Below are positions 61,447-64,000 of a stretch of DNA of 64,000 nt, piece by piece. This DNA is from an uncultured Bacteroidia bacterium. GTDB taxonomy: Bacteria > Bacteroidota > Bacteroidia > NS11-12g > UBA9320. The notes under the pieces were generated by a model, which was given only the letters and a program-made list of their open reading frames with translations, searched no databases and was not told the DNA's origin. Within the stretch, counting starts at the first letter, position 1; every line of letters starts with the position of its first letter. The DNA lies in NCBI GenBank assembly GCA_943789165.1, contig CALSTB010000005.1:56398-120397 (forward strand), written 5' to 3'. The position numbers and the translations under genes were made by a program.

Positions 61447-63460
61447 ATATGCTCAGTTTGATGGTCCGAACCAAGAAGATGTAGGAAACGACTACGGCTT
61501 TAACGGTCCAGTTGAAATGAGTGGTTATGTATTCTACGATACAGATTCTAGTGGAACATTTGATAACGGTGAATCTGGAACACCAAATATTACTGTGTTC
61601 TTATTCCCTGATTTAGACAACGATGGTGTATTGGATTTAGCTGAGAGCTTGTTGTTGATCACTTCAGTTGAAACGGATCAGAATGGATACTACGAGTTTG
61701 AAAGAGATTACATCGCAGACTTGTTGAATCTTCCAGATGGTTTGTTGAATTCGTACATCATTACTACGGATAGAAATGACTATCCAGCTAACTCATCTTA
61801 TACAACAGACAATCAAGAGGAAGCGGAATTTGATGGTTACGGTCAAGAAGATCCTGACAATAATTTTGGTCACGTACAAAGTGCACCATTAAATTACTGT
61901 GGTAAATTAGAAATTACCATCGATAAGAATAAAGTAGATGGTTCTTCAGGACATGAAAATTTCCCTGTGTATTTAGACTTAACTCACAGCGCATTTAAAT
62001 ACAGACAAAACTGGCCTTATAGCTGGGATCAAGGAATGTTCAATCCAAACGGATACGATGTTCAGGTGTGCAACGCAAATGGTGATGAATTACCAATTGA
62101 AATCGTTGGATACGATTCTACTTCTGGAAACATTAAAATGTGGGTTCAGGTAGATAAATTGTCGTCTACCGACAATACAATCTTAACCGTTAAACATGGT
62201 GTTTCTTCCGGAACAGTTTCTAATCCAAGTACAACGGCTGTTTGGGGGTCTGATTACAAAGCGGTTTACCACTTTGAAGACCTGAATGATGCAACAAGCA
62301 ACGATAATGATGCAACTAATTACGGTTCGTCATTGGCAACTGGTCAGATCGGTTCTTCTGTAGATCTTGATGGAAACGATCACTTACTTGTACCTTATAG
62401 CTCAAGCTTGGATATTGGTGGTAAGAAATTAACCATGTCGGCTTGGGTAAATGTAGCACCATCTCCTTCATCGGATGCACCGTTTGCAGTGAAAGGACCA
62501 ACAGTAAACCAAGAGGCTTATATGTTTGGTGTAGATGGAGGGACAAATCCAGTGAAGATTAATTCTCGTGTGACGACAAACAATGGTCATTACCGACATG
62601 ATGATGGAGCACTTGGAACAAATCAATGGGTGTACGTACAATTTGTATACGACGGTGATTTAGGATCTGGTCAAAAGAGTGTGTATGTAAACGGTAGCTT
62701 ATCACATACAAAATCAGCGTCAGGAGATATCAATACTGGTTCTCACGATTTATACATCGGAAAGCGTATTGGTTCTGACAACAGATACTTAACAGGTAAA
62801 ATTGACGAATTACGTATTACGTGTGCTGCAACAACGGCAGACTGGATATCAACCGAGTATAACAACCAATTGAGTCCAACCACATTTGCAACGATTACAG
62901 ATTCGTCTGGTTGTGGTGCCGTACCAGTAACTTGGTTAGAGTTTACAGCTAAAAAGGTAAGCGCAAATGACGTTGAACTTAACTGGTCAACAGCATCAGA
63001 AATCAACAACAGTCATTTCGAAGTTGAGCGTTCGTTTAACGGAACTGACTTTGTAACGATTGGAAGTCCAGTGCAAGGTGCAGGTAACAGTTCTCAAATC
63101 GAGCGTTACGACGCAATGGATTACGATTTGCCCGAAGGCGTTGCGTACTATAGAGTGAAGCAAATTGACTTCGATGGGCAATATGATTATACACCAGTTA
63201 GGGTTGTAGAAGTATTGAGTAGAAACGCGATGGTGGTGTATCCAAATCCAGCGAACAACGAAGTGAATATTAGTTTCAAAGGTGCCAAAGGTCAAGAGGT
63301 AGTGGTTACAAACCTTATGGGACAGGTTCTTGAAACGGTAGTATTATCTCGAGAAGGTTTTGCAACCATCAATACAACAGATTATCCGCACGGTGTGTAC
63401 TTCATTGAAGTACAAGGTGCTAATATGGTTAGGACGCAAAAGTTCACCATAGAGAAATAA
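61310..63460 (+). CDS. C-terminal part of the same protein: SdrD-B-like, DUF2341-like, LamG-like and T9SS type A CTD
   Basis: SGYVFYDTD, NFPV...GYDV...WVQV, G.IDELRI...WI.TEYNNQ, VPVTWLEF...ASEINN and VYPNPAN...GVYFI...KFTIEK. Confidence 0.85.
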   Translation: MEVRVLTQPITVSTESNSVKASIVFLIDTDLNTYPANTELTTDNYEYAQFDGPNQEDVGNDYGFNGPVEMSGYVFYDTDSSGTFDNGESGTPNITVFLFPDLDNDGVLDLAESLLLITSVETDQNGYYEFERDYIADLLNLPDGLLNSYIITTDRNDYPANSSYTTDNQEEAEFDGYGQEDPDNNFGHVQSAPLNYCGKLEITIDKNKVDGSSGHENFPVYLDLTHSAFKYRQNWPYSWDQGMFNPNGYDVQVCNANGDELPIEIVGYDSTSGNIKMWVQVDKLSSTDNTILTVKHGVSSGTVSNPSTTAVWGSDYKAVYHFEDLNDATSNDNDATNYGSSLATGQIGSSVDLDGNDHLLVPYSSSLDIGGKKLTMSAWVNVAPSPSSDAPFAVKGPTVNQEAYMFGVDGGTNPVKINSRVTTNNGHYRHDDGALGTNQWVYVQFVYDGDLGSGQKSVYVNGSLSHTKSASGDINTGSHDLYIGKRIGSDNRYLTGKIDELRITCAATTADWISTEYNNQLSPTTFATITDSSGCGAVPVTWLEFTAKKVSANDVELNWSTASEINNSHFEVERSFNGTDFVTIGSPVQGAGNSSQIERYDAMDYDLPEGVAYYRVKQIDFDGQYDYTPVRVVEVLSRNAMVVYPNPANNEVNISFKGAKGQEVVVTNLMGQVLETVVLSREGFATINTTDYPHGVYFIEVQGANMVRTQKFTIEK

Positions 63461-63489
63461 AGGCCTAGATAAATTACTGATTATGTGCG

Positions 63490-63523
63490 AAACGGTCTCC
63501 CTCTTTGGGGGGCCGTTTTTTTT
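63490..63523. terminator. Terminator between convergent genes
   Basis: AAACGGTCTCC-CTCTTT-GGGGGCCGTTTTTTT. Confidence 0.75.
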
Positions 63524-63531
63524 ATTCAGTA

Positions 63532-63998
63532 TTAACGCTTTAAAACTCTGATAACTTCCGTATAAGTTCCTGACGTTATTTTTAGCAAGTAAATGCCCGC
63601 TGGAATTTCATTCGTTTGCATTTTGTAATCAGTTGTTGACCAATCGATTTTAGAGGATTGAAGTGTACGACCTGATAAATCAATTAGATCTAACTGCACG
63701 TTTCGCCTTTTTGCTTCGTCAAAGTGCACATTTATATAACCGTTAAATGGGTTTGGAGCTACAGTGAAATCAACGAAATGGTAATTTCTATCAATGACAA
63801 CCACATTTGACATTCGTAGGCTCCGTTTAAATCAATTTGTTTTAAACGGTAATATTTGATAGGATGAAGCACGAGATCTTCATCATAGTAAGTATAATTT
63901 GAAATCTCGGTCGTTGTTCCTTGTCCGTCAACAAAGTCGAGTGTAATCCATCCTTTGCCTTCAACAAAACGCTGAATTTCGAATCCCTTGTTGTTAAA
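63532..63998 (-). CDS. 3' end of another T9SS type A sorting-domain protein (runs off window; -1 indel near 63813)
   Basis: FNNKGFEIQR...GQGTTTEISNYTYYD...YYRLKQIDLNG, then in a shifted frame SNVV...VAPNPFN...GIYLLKI...RVLKR. Confidence 0.85.
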
Positions 63999-64000
63999 TT

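Overview
Bacteroidota chromosomal segment, judged from T9SS cargo genes, gldB, sprE/porW, porD, TAnnTTTG promoters and a Bacteroidota-type SRP RNA. The first ~7.55 kb looks like the right end of an integrative island. It carries a large T9SS-secreted protein with six near-identical 159-bp NHL repeats that vary only at a few codons, a MerR-like HTH gene, a 21-bp ABAB tandem array, an unannotated 47-aa ORF and a large serine recombinase whose 3' end has att-like repeats and abuts a truncated outer-membrane gene. The rest is mostly core genome: aldehyde dehydrogenase, murA, grpE-dnaJ, bamD-rpoZ-coaBC-porD, gldB, nadE, fahA, pyrD, mlaD/amidase/lptD, PBP1A, sprE, M23-bactofilin-atpBEFHAG, acyl-CoA carboxylase beta, ffs, transaldolase, GT2, and three more T9SS cargo genes. 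A four-helix-bundle (IVP/Avd-like) gene sits inside a perfect 17-bp heptamer-built inverted repeat, and a gene-less copy of the same arms lies 18 kb away. Several genes, including essential coaBC, carry 1-bp indels that most likely reflect sequencing/consensus errors. No tRNA, rRNA, CRISPR array or reverse transcriptase was seen. Family assignments come from motif recognition, not database searches.
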